64,000 bases of DNA from Camelus dromedarius (Eukaryota), in contig NC_087436.1 in assembly GCF_036321535.1 (NCBI RefSeq), positions 92,196,001-92,260,000 of the forward strand, in the 5' to 3' direction. The translations under genes and the position numbers were made by a program. The notes beneath the pieces were generated by a model. It was not told the origin of the DNA and did not search any database. It was given only the letters and a program-made list of their open reading frames with translations. Below are positions 26,131 through 37,530 of the stretch, piece after piece (the stretch's first letter is position 1; each line of letters begins with the position of its first letter).

Positions 26131-27049
26131 AAGAAGAAAACCAAAAGTCAACATAGATCAGACCCTGATCGGTACCATGGTCAAATATCAGTGTTGTGGG
26201 CTTGTTAGCACAGAACCATCAAAACAAAAAGAGTGGGGTCAGGCAAGCCAATGGCATTTCCTTCTAGGCCAATCACCAACTCACCAATCAATCACAGGAA
26301 TTCTCTGAACAGCCTCTGACGGCTGTACCAAGTGTTCACAGCTGGTCTGGCAAGCAGAGCCTAGAGCCCAGAGCAGGAAACACATGTGCTCTTGGTCCAA
26401 AAAAGGATACTTGAGGAGAGAAGCCAGTTCAAGAACCTGGTAGCTCTTTCCACTCCAAGGTCAGTCTGCCCTGTCTGAGCCAAGACCAGCTCCCCTATTA
26501 GTCTATGAGATCTCCTTAAAAATATATAAATAAATGTAATAAATTAAAAAATACAAGATAAGACAAAAGCAGTCAGCACTGCAGGATAGGGCCCAGTGCA
26601 GGGAACTATGGAGCGGTTCATTATGAGAGGTAACCTTCAAGTCAAGTCGGGCTGAAACTTTACGGTGATGGCCAAGAGCTCACTGATTTAAACAGTCCCT
26701 AGGGAGGTTAACTGGTTTGATTCTTTTTTTCTGCTTCTGTTAAGAGCTTAGGCTCAGGAGTAACTGGTTTAACATGAGTTCCAGAGGGAGTGCCCTGACA
26801 TTCGAAGTCTGACCACTTGAACGTATCGCTTAAGCGGTCTAACCCTGGTTTCTCAGCTCTCACGTGGCACTACTAAATGGGTTTACTTCACAAGGTTGCT
26901 GGGAGAATTAAATAAAATCGCCAATGTGAGAGGCCTGGCACACTATAAGCCCTCATTATCATCACCACCAGGAATATTCTCATTCCCTCTGTTACCATGA
27001 AGAAAGTAACTTTGTCCCTGGTAAAGGTCAACAGCACACCCTACACACC

Positions 27050-28640
27050 AGAGGACTTGGGTGAATCTGTTAGCACCTTTCTCTCCTTTACCTTCCACCC
27101 CTCTCCTTCTCTACCAGATTTTCCAGCAGCACGTGTTCACATTTACTAACATGCCTTCTTTCACAAAGGCCCACCTGATTTCACATCTTCCAGCTAACTG
27201 CATTTTCCCTCCTTGCTTGAAAACGATCTTGAAATAGTTAGATGCACATGTGGTCCAACTTCCAACGTCCATTCTCACTTCAACCCACCCTGTTATGACT
27301 TCAGCCCCTACAAGTACTTTCATTTTGCCAACTCCAGTGGACACTTTTCAAACCTCATACAACTAGAACTCTCAGCCACATTCAATATAGTCTACTACCT
27401 ACTTCTTGAAACCTACTGGGTTTTTTTCCCCTTTCTTATAACATGACCTCCTATTCTTTGTAAGTGTCGGATTTCCTCTCTGTTCAGTCCCCAGCCTCTT
27501 TGGTTCTCATTGCATTCACTGATCACATACAACCCCATAGCTCTTCATATCTCCAGGCCAAAATCTCTCTCCTTGACTTCCCTTGAAGTCTTCCAAGCAC
27601 CTAGATTTACCACGCCTAAAGTGAACTCCTAATATTTATACATACACCTCCTTATATTCTCCCCCTGAAGTCACTGCAGTTCCATAACCCACACATCCAT
27701 CTACTTGCTTGCTCAAATGAATGTCATTCGTGGTCCCTCCCATCCACATATCCAATCCTTTGTCCATTCCAGTGAAGTGTCCCTCTAAAATACTGGCTCT
27801 CAGCTGGGGAGATTCTTACCACCTAACAGATACTTGGCAAGGGATCCCTGCTTTGCCTGACATTTCTGGTTTCCACAATGGGGGCGGAGGTGAAGATGGG
27901 GAGCAGGGAGTACTGCTAGCAGACAAAAAGGCCAGGAATACTGCTAAGTATCCTACAGTGACCAGGAAAGCCCTACAACAAAGAATCACAGAGCTCAAAA
28001 TGTCAGTAGGGTTAAGGTTTAAAACTCTGCCCTTAAATATGTCATGAATGTGTCCAGTTCTCTCAGTTTTTATTGCCAGCATCCTGGTCCAACACCTGAC
28101 TCTCTCTGGCTCTATTCCTTCAGTCCTCTCCTAAGTGGTCTCTCACCTCCTTCCCTCTGGCCCCCACTCCCTCATCCTTTTCTCTGCACAGAGTAATCTT
28201 TGTAAAATGTAAATCTGACCCTGTTAAAACCCTACCTCTACCATAACACCCTTCAGTGGTTTCTCCACTGCACCTAGCATTGCAGCCCAACTTCTAATCA
28301 GGTCCTGGGCCCTTGCCCACCTTTCCAAGGTCACCAAGCACATCATTCTCTCATCACTCAGTCTGTCGGCAGCAAGCCAGGCTTCTTTCTCTTCCTTAAC
28401 ACACCAGGCCCTCTGCTTCCTCAGGGCCCTTGCCTTGAATTTTCTTCCTCCCACTCTTTGCCTGTCCAAGCCCTACTCAGTGTTCACTTCACAGTAAGCC
28501 TCTCCTCAAAAGCTCTATGATTCTGACAGCACTCTTTCCTTCCATTCATGATGCCTGGGACAATTTATAATCATATTTTTGTGTGTTTATTATTTAGCGT
28601 CTGTCTCCCCAAATAGACTGTAAGTGCTTTAAGGTTCAGG
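27050..28640 (+). mobile_element. Fragmented L2 LINE, interrupted by MER20
   Basis: 'tttgccaactccagtggacacttttc...ctctcagccacattcaa', 'aatctttgtaaaatgtaaatctgacc', 'ctgtctccccaaatagactgtaag'. Confidence 0.75.
27792..28030. mobile_element. MER20 hAT-Charlie MITE
   Basis: 'ctcagctggggagatt...gacatttctggtttccacaatgggg...gccaggaatactgctaagtatcctaca...caacaaagaatca...caaaatgtcagtag'. Confidence 0.8.
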
Positions 28641-29169
28641 CAGTAAGAGAATGAGAGGAACTGTAAAAATTCTGGGATCCTGGGGCACATGGTCTGAGCA
28701 GTTCAGACTCAAGGTTGGAGGAATTAAAGCAATCTTCACTTATTTCCTTAGGTCTCATGCTATTTTCAGTGAGCTCCTAAGCTTCATCATGGGAGAAGAG
28801 TGCATCTGCCGGTAACTGCTGACAGTGGAGGTCCATATGGAATGTAAGTGAACACATCCATGTGTCCCCATCTCCAATGATGTAGCCTCAGCTTCGCTCT
28901 CTGACCACCGTGATGGGCATCCATAGATCAGTGGCATGGTGGCTTGTACAGACACACAAAAGCAGTTCTGTTGCTTTCCCTTTGTAATAATTTATCATGA
29001 AATATTAATTTTTATACTTTTCTTTACAGAAAGTACATATGAATCTCTGTGAAGATGGTGAGAGGAATTCTAACCTTGAGAACACTTAAAAATGTTATGA
29101 CAGGAAAGCAAAAAAGGAAGAAACAGTCAGTGTTGAGGGGTTTAGGGGTTTTTTTGAAATTCAAAAATG

Positions 29170-29235
29170 GCTTTGACTTTCAAAACTCTTGCTTCTGAAG
29201 TCCTCATCAGAAGCAAGAGTTTTGAAAGTCAAAGC
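29170..29235. repeat. Perfect inverted repeat: 29-bp arms, 8-nt loop
   Basis: gctttgactttcaaaactcttgcttctga | agtcctca | tcagaagcaagagttttgaaagtcaaagc. Confidence 0.98.
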
Positions 29236-29589
29236 TGCTGATTTGCAAGAGTTTTATTTTGTTGAGACCAAAAAAAAAAAAAAAAGCTCTTGAACTTCAA
29301 AAGGGAAAGTCCTCAGGGAAGTAGTGTGTAGTTGATTCTATAACAAGATACTAGAACAGAATGAGACTTCAAATCACCCAGCCTCTGGGGAGACTGAATG
29401 AGTTCCTCTGGACTAAGAAAGGATTGCAAGATGGAAAAGAACAAGGTGTAACCCTGGTGGAGGCCAGTAGATCTTTAAACCTGACCAGACCTGGGGGAGC
29501 ATGTGCAGAGAAACAGGGTCACTTTTGAGAGAGAACTGAACATAGCTGGTCTCCGACACCAGAAAGCTGCATGGGAACAGAAATGAGCC

Positions 29590-29792
29590 ATTCAAAATGG
29601 TGGCCACTAGGTACATGGGGGTATTAAAGTTTAAATTAATTTAAATCAAGTAGGATGAAGAGTTCAGCTCCTCAGTCTCACTAACTATATTTCAAACGCT
29701 CAGTAGCCACACGCAGCGAGGGGTTCCCTAGCTGTACTGGACCGCATGGAAACTTTTCCACGATTGCACAAAGTTCTAGTGGGCAACACTGT
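29590..29792. mobile_element. MER3-type hAT-Charlie MITE
   Basis: 'tggtggccactaggtacatg...ttcagctcctcagtctcacta...ctcagtagccacac...aaagttctagtgggcaacactg'. Confidence 0.75.
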
Positions 29793-29799
29793 TATACAG

Positions 29800-30900
29800 C
29801 CGGGGCCCCTACCAGCAAAGGCTGAGGCAAAAGGAGGCACACACCACATGTCTAAATACTTAAAACTTAGGTCAAGCTAACAAATTGTTAAATAAAGTTG
29901 TGTTCTATCCGCCTACTTTGACAAATATACTCATAATTACCTAGAAATCCAAGTGCAAATTTAGAATTCTCAGATACCTCTGAGTTCCACGCTGACAGAA
30001 ATGTAATGGCACAGAGAGAGCCAGCCCCTGGCCCTCAACCCACATCCCAGACCCTCCCCATCTCACCCACAGCTGCACCTGACACTGTGAGGAGCCTTCC
30101 ACCCACACACGGACATCCCAGCATATGCATTCAAGTTCTATCACACCACTGAAAGCAGGGGACTGTAGGCACACCTGCAGCACAGCCCACTCTAAGGAGT
30201 AAGAAAAGAGTCCCATGTGGGTCTCTGGAAATAGGGTCAGGGTCTTTTAGATGCCAAGATCCCAAATATACAGAATAGCATTGTACGGTCACACCACCGA
30301 AGATGGCTGTTCTCTTGCTCTCTGTACATCCCCTGCTCGAACAGTGCCTGCTTCCCCTACACCCAACTCACCTGAATTACTTTCCTGCATACTTGCCCCA
30401 GGCCCCAGCTGGTGACTGTTCTCATCAAAGGGGCATTAAGGAGATGCCCCTCTGCTGGTTTCCCTGGTAACCGATGAGCCAACCTGACGTCAATTCCCCC
30501 TATAACTGCTAACCTCCCCCTCTTCCTGGGAGTGAAGCCTGCCGCCATGTCCTGCCCACGGTCTATCACACACGATGGAGAGTCTCTCCAGGACCTTGCT
30601 TCAGACATGTAAGGTCCCCCTACCCATTAAACTATTGTCTCTGTCACTGACTCTGGACTTTTCTCCAGTCTCAAGAAGGGGCAAGTACAGGCTTTGTAGG
30701 TCTGCAGGGTGCAGCCCAGCAATAATCTACACAGATAGGGGAAGGTGCAGGCTCCTGGTGGCCATGTCCCCTCAAGCTTATAGACTCTTTATTCCATGAT
30801 GGATCACAGCCAGAAAAGGCCAGAACAGGGTCCTCTAAGGGGGAAGACCCAAGGCAGGTGCCCCTTTACTCAGAGTTTAACTCTAGTTCGAGCCATGTTG
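29800..30900. mobile_element. Old hAT-Tip100-like DNA transposon remnant, interrupted by an LTR
   Basis: 'tgtctaaatacttaaaac...caagctaacaaattgttaaataaa...ttgacaaatatac...aaatttagaattctc' resembles this class; family name and ends uncertain. Confidence 0.45.
30282..30721 (+). mobile_element. Solo ERVL-type LTR (about 440 bp)
   Basis: TG...CA termini; CCAAT-like 'agccaacc'; TATA-like 'cctataac'; ATTAAA polyA signal near 30626. Confidence 0.7.
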
Positions 30901-30949
30901 CATAATCCCGCTTAAGAGTCAATACCACAGATCTTAAATGGGCACTCAA

Positions 30950-32810
30950 CACTGCCTGATAATCCTACTGGGTTCCCCTACTTCATTCACTACATCACTC
31001 CTCTCCTCCAACCTCCAGCGCATTCTCCCACTCCTCATTCTCAGCTTGCCTCATATTTCACTGAGAACAAAGAAACCACCAGAAGGAAATGCCATTAGTT
31101 TTCCACCAAATCTAACTGCGACCTGCATCGCTACCTACACTGCCTTTTCTTGTTACAGTGAACAAGCTCTTCCTGCCAGCACCAAGGCCAGCTCTTCTGA
31201 GTTCCATTCCTGCTTGCCTCTCAAAGACCCTGTTCCTGCAACTACAACCTCTTCCTGCTGGATTATCCTCAGATATGCTCTGCTAGTCCCTTCCTTTAAA
31301 AGGAATGCGCACACACACACACACGCAAAAGAAACCCTCACCTAATAAATGTTCCATTTACGGCAAACTCCTCGTGAGATTTCTCTTCAGTTGCTAGCAC
31401 CTCTTTCTCACCTTTCATCCTCTTCCACTTACTCTTATCGAAGGCAGTAACTTTCTGCATCTTACCAAATCCAGTGGTTACTTCTGGGTCATCGCTTGTA
31501 CAAATGCTCAGGATCATGTGGCACAGTTGACTATTCTTTTATTCTTAAAGCACTGTCCTCTTTTGGGGTCTGGATCATAACATTCTTCTGGTTTTCTTTT
31601 ACCTCACTGGATGCTCCTTCTTAGTTTCATCCGCAAGTGCCTCCTCTTCTGCTCAGCTTTCAAATATTGGAGTTGCCAAGGGTTTGGTCCCCACGCTGTC
31701 TTCTCCAACCTATCTACAGTCTCTCCCTAGGTTATATCATTTATTCAGATGGCTTTAAATACCACATATATGCTCTCAAGTCAATGGTGTCCAGACTTGT
31801 ATATTCTACTGCTTTCTTGACAACACACTAGAATGTTTAAATTGTATCTCTGAACAAAACTCTTGCTCTCTCCACCCCGAACCTGTTCTTCCTCCAGTCC
31901 TTACACCTCAGTAAGTTCTTCCACCATTCACCTAACTGCGCATTCCAAAATCTAGAAGCTATTTTATTCCTTTCACTCATTTCCCATATCCAATCCAACA
32001 GCAGCCCTGTCAACCTACCCCTTCAAAGTATACCCCAAATGTGTTCATTTTTCACAAACTCCATCACTGTTACTTAAGCCAAGCCAATATTATCTCCCAG
32101 CTGGACCATAAAATAACCTCCTAACTGATATCCCTATTCTACACCTGCCTCTCCACAAACCACTGAACCATTCTGCACACAACAGAGTTCTGTTTGCTTG
32201 TTTTAGTTTAATTTGATCCTGCCATTTTCCTGGTTAAAAGAAGTGAAAGTGTTGGTGCAATGGTGAGCAGTTGTCATATTTTGAATATATGTTAAAGGCA
32301 TAGATGACCGGACTGCTACTGGATTGAAGGTGCTTCCCATTACCCTTAGAATAATATCCAAGCTCCTGGCCAGGGTCCATAAGCCCCGAATGAACGGGCT
32401 CCTACCTACATCTGCAGTCTTACTGCATACTTCTCTCTCCTTCCAGCGCCTAGTTCAATCCACGCTGACCCTCGTTCTCTTCCTGAAGACACATGCCTTT
32501 GAGCCTCTGTACTTGCTCTGCCTTCCGTCTGGGATGCTCCGTCTCCAAATCTTTGCATGTCGGTCTGGTGTCAGCTCAGATGTCACTTTGATCCCCACCC
32601 CCACCATGAGCTAAAGGAGCTCCCCAATCACTATCATCCCACCCTGTTAGCATGTTTATAGAACTGATCACTTATCCACACTTTGTTCATGTTTGTCTCC
32701 TTGTTAATAATGAGAGAAGAGCTTGATTTAGCTTATTCCCTGTAGTATCCTCCTTGAGTCCAGGAAAGAGCCCAACCCCTAGAAGGTGCTCAATAACCAT
32801 CTGTTGTGCT
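30950..32810 (+). mobile_element. L2 LINE 3' portion
   Basis: 'ccaaatccagtggttacttct', 'atggctttaaataccac', 'ttcccattacccttagaataatatccaagctcct', terminal 'aggtgctcaataaccatctgttg'. Confidence 0.85.
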
Positions 32811-34274
32811 ACTAAGTTAGTAAGTTTAGGAGAACATTTTAATGTCACCTTTGTTGAGGATCCCGGTTAGCTGTTCTTCTTGTCATCCAGTCAGAGGGTG
32901 TTCAGTGGTGACAATAAGTCATTTAATGATCAAATTTCACATTTAACAATCGCAGGCAGAAGTGATGTCCATCTGGAGCTGGACTTTGCTAAACCTAATC
33001 TCAACTGCTTCATTTGGACACACTCCCCTTTGCAGTGACCCAAGAGAATCATAAAGCACCCAAAATAGGAAATGGAGTCCTTGATATCAAAAATAATGGT
33101 GATTATATGAAATAAAACACTCCAATATCTCTACTTATGACAGATTAGGCTAACGTGAAATGCAACTGCATTATATCACTTGTATTACAACCCTTTGAGA
33201 AATAATGTCTTGGTTTTATCTGATACCTGCTAGTGGCTATGATGACCAATATTTTATATATACTCATAAGGTCTACACCACATACAATAGAATGAAAGAA
33301 ATTCAAAAGGATGCTTTAATTTCACTTAATGACTGATCACTTTGGTGTCTACTTACATAACTAATGTAATTAATGGTAGCTCAGTGGATACATTTGAGCT
33401 GAGTGAAGAATTTGGTACGGTCCTCTCTAGGACTGGCAATAAATTTAAAATGTCAGCTTTTCTTTTGCTGAAATGCATTGAGGGAGCCGTGAACAATCCG
33501 AAGTACTTTGTGTTCTCTGTCAAGTGAAGGGACAAGTATATGCCGCTTCCTGCAGCGCCACGTCTCAAAGGCCGATGTGAAAAATACCCTTTTCTTCTAA
33601 AATTTTACTCGAGGCTAGTTAATAACAAGGCCTCCAGTCAAAGCCCAGCGGAGCAATCAGCTGTGACTGTGTCCTTCTGTCACAACATTGAGAATGTACC
33701 AAAGATGGAAAGTTCTTCTCTGAGTTGAAATGCTCCAGGGCATATCAGGACTACTAAGTCAAATTAACACATTACTAAAATGAGAGTGTGATCATGGTCT
33801 CCTAGTTCCAGGATAGACGGCAAAATAACATGGAATACTGGGTTCCTCTACCTAGTCCTGGAGCAACACAGAAGCAGGAGGGGAGCATGGGTTACAGGAA
33901 CAAATGCACACTCAGAACACAGACTCCTGAAACACTGGGGACCAGATGCTTTCTCTAACTGGATTAGGTGTAGGAGGTAGAAGACTGACTGCAGCCTGGG
34001 GCCAACGAGAGCCAAAACCAGTCATAAGGGAAGAAAACCTTCCAGGTCGGCTCTTTCCTCTCTCCACATTAGTCTGGGATGATCGTAGCCTGGCCTTTCA
34101 GAAATCAGCAGTATGAGTTCAAGTCGCCCTGATGAAGGCATTGCAAAATCTCTGCTAAGGTGAAGAGCAGATCAAAACATGTGAGCTCCCTGGACAAACT
34201 GGAAAACCCGCTCTCCAACCTCCCGTTCCCTCAAACCCCTAAACTGGTAGCTTTCTTCCAAAGCCACTTCTCTT

Positions 34275-34640
34275 TGTTTTTTTTATAACTTGTTATTGTA
34301 TCTATTTTATCTTTTTAGACCTAATATTTTATCAAAATATATTTGACATATAACATTGCATAACTTTAAGGTGTACAGCACGATAGTGATAATTAGTACT
34401 TCCATCACATAATTATCATTTCTCTTTCATTGTTGGAATAATTAAGATGTAGTGCCTTAGTAAGTTTGGTGATTATAATACAACCTTGTTGGCTCTATTC
34501 ACCATACTGTGCGTTAGATCTCTAGGACGTATTTCCTACATGTTGTAAGTTTAAACCCTTAAACAACATCTGTCCTATCCCCGTACCCCCATCTCCTGGT
34601 AACCACCATTTCACTGATCTCATTTAGCATAATGTCTCTT
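34275..34640 (-). mobile_element. LINE-1 3' UTR fragment
   Basis: 'atttgacatataacattgcataactttaaggtgtacagc...caccatactgtgcgttagatctctagga...cctggtaaccaccatt'. Confidence 0.85.
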
Positions 34641-34799
34641 AATTAATTTAAAGGTGAAACTCTGAGTTGCTTGGTGAAGTGATAGCAAATCGGAGTGATA
34701 GCAGCCATAGTTTTCTGTATCTGGAGATCATATTCTCCCCTCTCCTTCAGCTCACCAAGACGGTCAGCGATCAGGGCTTAGTCTTCGACCCTTCCCCGC

Positions 34800-35800
34800 G
34801 CACATTGCTAGACCCGAGGAAGTACGATTCCATGAGCCAAAAGACAAAAACAGGCAAATCAGGAAAAACACACCTGAGCACTGCAAGCATTGCTAAAGAA
34901 AACAATAAACTGAATCACATAAGTGAAGCAGAATTATTGGAAAAATGGGCAAAAAAATTCAACATAAGCCTAAGAAGATAGAGAAGATATTAGCAACATG
35001 CAGCAGTGATGAGAAATTATGATGAAGAAATGAACAGAAATGTTAGATATGAAAAATATAATGGCTGAAATAAAGAGCACAATAAATAAGTTAGTTACCA
35101 GGATAAATGATTTGAAGAATAAACTAGTAAGTTTTACCCAAAAAAGTATGGACTCTCTCAGAAGGCAGCAAAAAAGTATAAAAGGATTACAGATATGTGT
35201 GTGTGTAACATCTATATATGTATGGTCACATGTAGGTAATAGAGTTCCAGAAGTAGAAAAAAATGCAAAAAAGTTAACATTTGAAAAAATACTAAAGATA
35301 AAATTGCCAGAATTAAAGAAAGAGATCTCAGACAGAAAGGCTTCTAAACTCATAGGTACTAAACAGGAGACATAAGGAAAAATCTGAGTATTAGTATATT
35401 ACTATCAAACTAAAGGATATCAAGACTTGTTAAGAGAAAATAATAAAAATTTACAAAGAAAAAGAATGGATTCCCTACAAAAAAGAAAAAAGAATTAGAT
35501 GGGCATCTGCCTTCTCAACCACACACTGAATGTAAAAAGTCAGCACAATTTTGAAGGTAATAAAGGAAAAGAGCTTCCCTCTTAGAATTTTCCATCCAAG
35601 CAAACTACAAATCAAACATGAGAGCATAATAAAACATATTCTTGGGCGCTGAAGATCTCAGATGGTTTATCACAGTAAGATCCATAGTAAAAACACTCTC
35701 AAAGGAAATAATAGCAAGATTAAGGGTGGAGTCCCAGGATGTGCTGCTTCAGGAGATACAGAATCTGAAATCTGTATTTCAGGGGGGTGAAATCTTCTGG
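34800..35800 (+). mobile_element. Ancient LINE-1 (or HAL1) ORF1 remnant
   Basis: ORF 35040-35375 (MKNIMAEIKSTINKLVTRINDLKNKL...RVPEVEKN...FEKILKIKLPEL) resembles the ORF1p coiled coil; 'agaattagatgggcatctgccttctcaac...cttagaattttccatccaagcaaacta' matches the ORF1 C-terminal region. Confidence 0.75.
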
Positions 35801-35804
35801 TAAT

Positions 35805-36259
35805 TGTACTAGGTTGAATAGTTTCCTCCCAAAAATTCATGTCCACCGAGAACCTCACAATGTGATCGTATTTGGAAATAAGATCTTTGCGGATATGATT
35901 ATTTAAGATGAAGTCATACTGCACGAGGGTGGACCCTAAATCCAATATGACTGGTGTCCTTACAAAAGAGCAGAGGAGACATGGAGGCACAGCCACACAG
36001 GATGAGGGCCACGTGGAGAAAAAGGCAGAGGTCAGAGTGATGCAGCTAAAAGCCAAGAATGCCAGGATGGTCCGAAACCACCAGAACCTAAAAGAGAGGC
36101 AAGGAAGGATCCTTCTCTAGTGCCTTCAGAAGGAGCATGGTCCTCTGGCATCTTGATTTCAGACTTCTAGCATCTAGAACTATGAAAGAATCGACTTCTG
36201 TTGTCTTAAGAGATGCAGATTGTGGAAATTTGTTACTGCAGCCCTGGGAAACTAATATT
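35805..36259 (+). mobile_element. MLT1B/C MaLR solo LTR
   Basis: 'ggttgaatagt...aaaattcatgtccacc...atttggaaataagatctttgc...ccctaaatccaatatgactggtgtcctta...gcagccctgggaaactaata'; near-TSD gtaat/gcaat. Confidence 0.9.
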
Positions 36260-36489
36260 GCAATATTTATTATTGTCTTTTGAAAAAAAGAGAGATAAAA
36301 AAACCTTCTAGAACCAAATCGGTAAGCACTCTGTTCATTTAAATGTGCTTGCTTTGAAAAAGCCCGAAGGTGCTCAATTCACTTTGGAGGCTGCTCAAAG
36401 TATCACTTTGCTATCAAAATCAGACAGTAGACAAGAAAAATTAGAAGCTCATTTAACTAATTACAAAAATAAACTGTGTTATAAGCATT

Positions 36490-36680
36490 TACATAGATTT
36501 TATTATGTCAGGCACTTGTCTAAGCATGTGTAATTGCAATATGTAACCTGAACATATGTAATTCAAAGACAACTCTTTTACTATTATCTCTACTTTACTG
36601 ATAAGGAATTTAGGCATAGAAGGGTTATGTGGCTTACCCAAGGTCATACAGCTAGCTAGCTGAATCCAACAGTTCATTTG
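36490..36680 (-). mobile_element. MIR fragment
   Basis: 'tactttactgataaggaatttaggcatagaagggttatgtggcttacccaaggtcatacagcta'. Confidence 0.7.
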
Positions 36681-37201
36681 AAATAAAACAAAAAGTTCAC
36701 ATCATGCTCAAATAAGGTTAACCCCAGAAGTGCAAAAATAGTTACACTTGATGAAACTCATCAATGCCATTTATCTTATTAGCAGAGTGGGAAAAAAAAT
36801 CATATCATTATTTAAATGATGCAAAGAGACTTTAATAAAGTTCAGGAACTATTTATTTTTTCAAAAATCTTAGCAAGTTAAGACTGTAAGAGAAACTCCT
36901 TGCACTGATAAACATATGCCAAAACCTTAGAGCAAACACTATATTTAGTGGAAAAACAGATAACATATCCTCCAAATTATGGGACAATACCCAATATCAC
37001 AACTGGTTGATATAGTACTAGAAGTCTTACCAATACTAATAGGTCTTATTAATTAAAATAATTAAGAAAAAGAAAAAAATGATCACTATTTGCAATTGGT
37101 GTTATCCTCTCCTAATAAAACCACATAATTATCACCACATAAGCAATTAGAAAACTCAGAAACTTAGCTGGATATAACAACTTTACAAAATCAATAGCAC
37201 T

Positions 37202-37306
37202 GTGCTCGCTTCAGCAGCACACATAGTACAAGTGGAACAGCACAGAGATTAACATGGCCTCTGCGTAAGAATGACGGGTGAGTTCACAAAGCGTTCCATA
37301 TTTTTT
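37202..37306 (+). pseudogene. RNU6: U6 snRNA retropseudogene (full length, diverged)
   Basis: gtgctcgcttcagcagcacacatagtacaagtggaac...acagagattaacatggcctctgcgtaagaatgac...ttcacaaagcgttccatatttttt aligns end to end with U6; many substitutions plus a small deletion; inserted in an old L1, so no native promoter context. Confidence 0.95.
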
Positions 37307-37530
37307 GAGATTAGCAGATACACACTACTATATATAAAATAGATTAGCAACTAGGTCCTCCCGTATAGCACAGGGAACTTCATTCAATATCTTGCAATAA
37401 CCTAGAATGGAAAAGAATCTGAAACAAGAATCTGTATATATATATATATATAACTGAATCACTTTGCTATGCACCTGAAACTAACACAACATTGTGAATC
37501 AACTGTATTTCAGGTTTTAAAAAGCTTTAA
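37307..37530 (+). mobile_element. L1 3' end fused to U6
   Basis: 'gagattagcagatacacactactatatataaaatagat...tatagcacagggaact...aactgaatcactttgct...ctaacacaacattgt'. Confidence 0.93.

Noticed and set aside
33376..33404. tagctcagtgg (tRNA A-box-like) with a small agctca/tgagct stem
   Set aside because: No B-box and no cloverleaf downstream; not a tRNA or tRNA-derived SINE.
37202..37306. Functional U6 gene
   Set aside because: Many substitutions and a deletion, fusion to an L1 tail, a TSD, and an old-L1 upstream context all indicate a retropseudogene.
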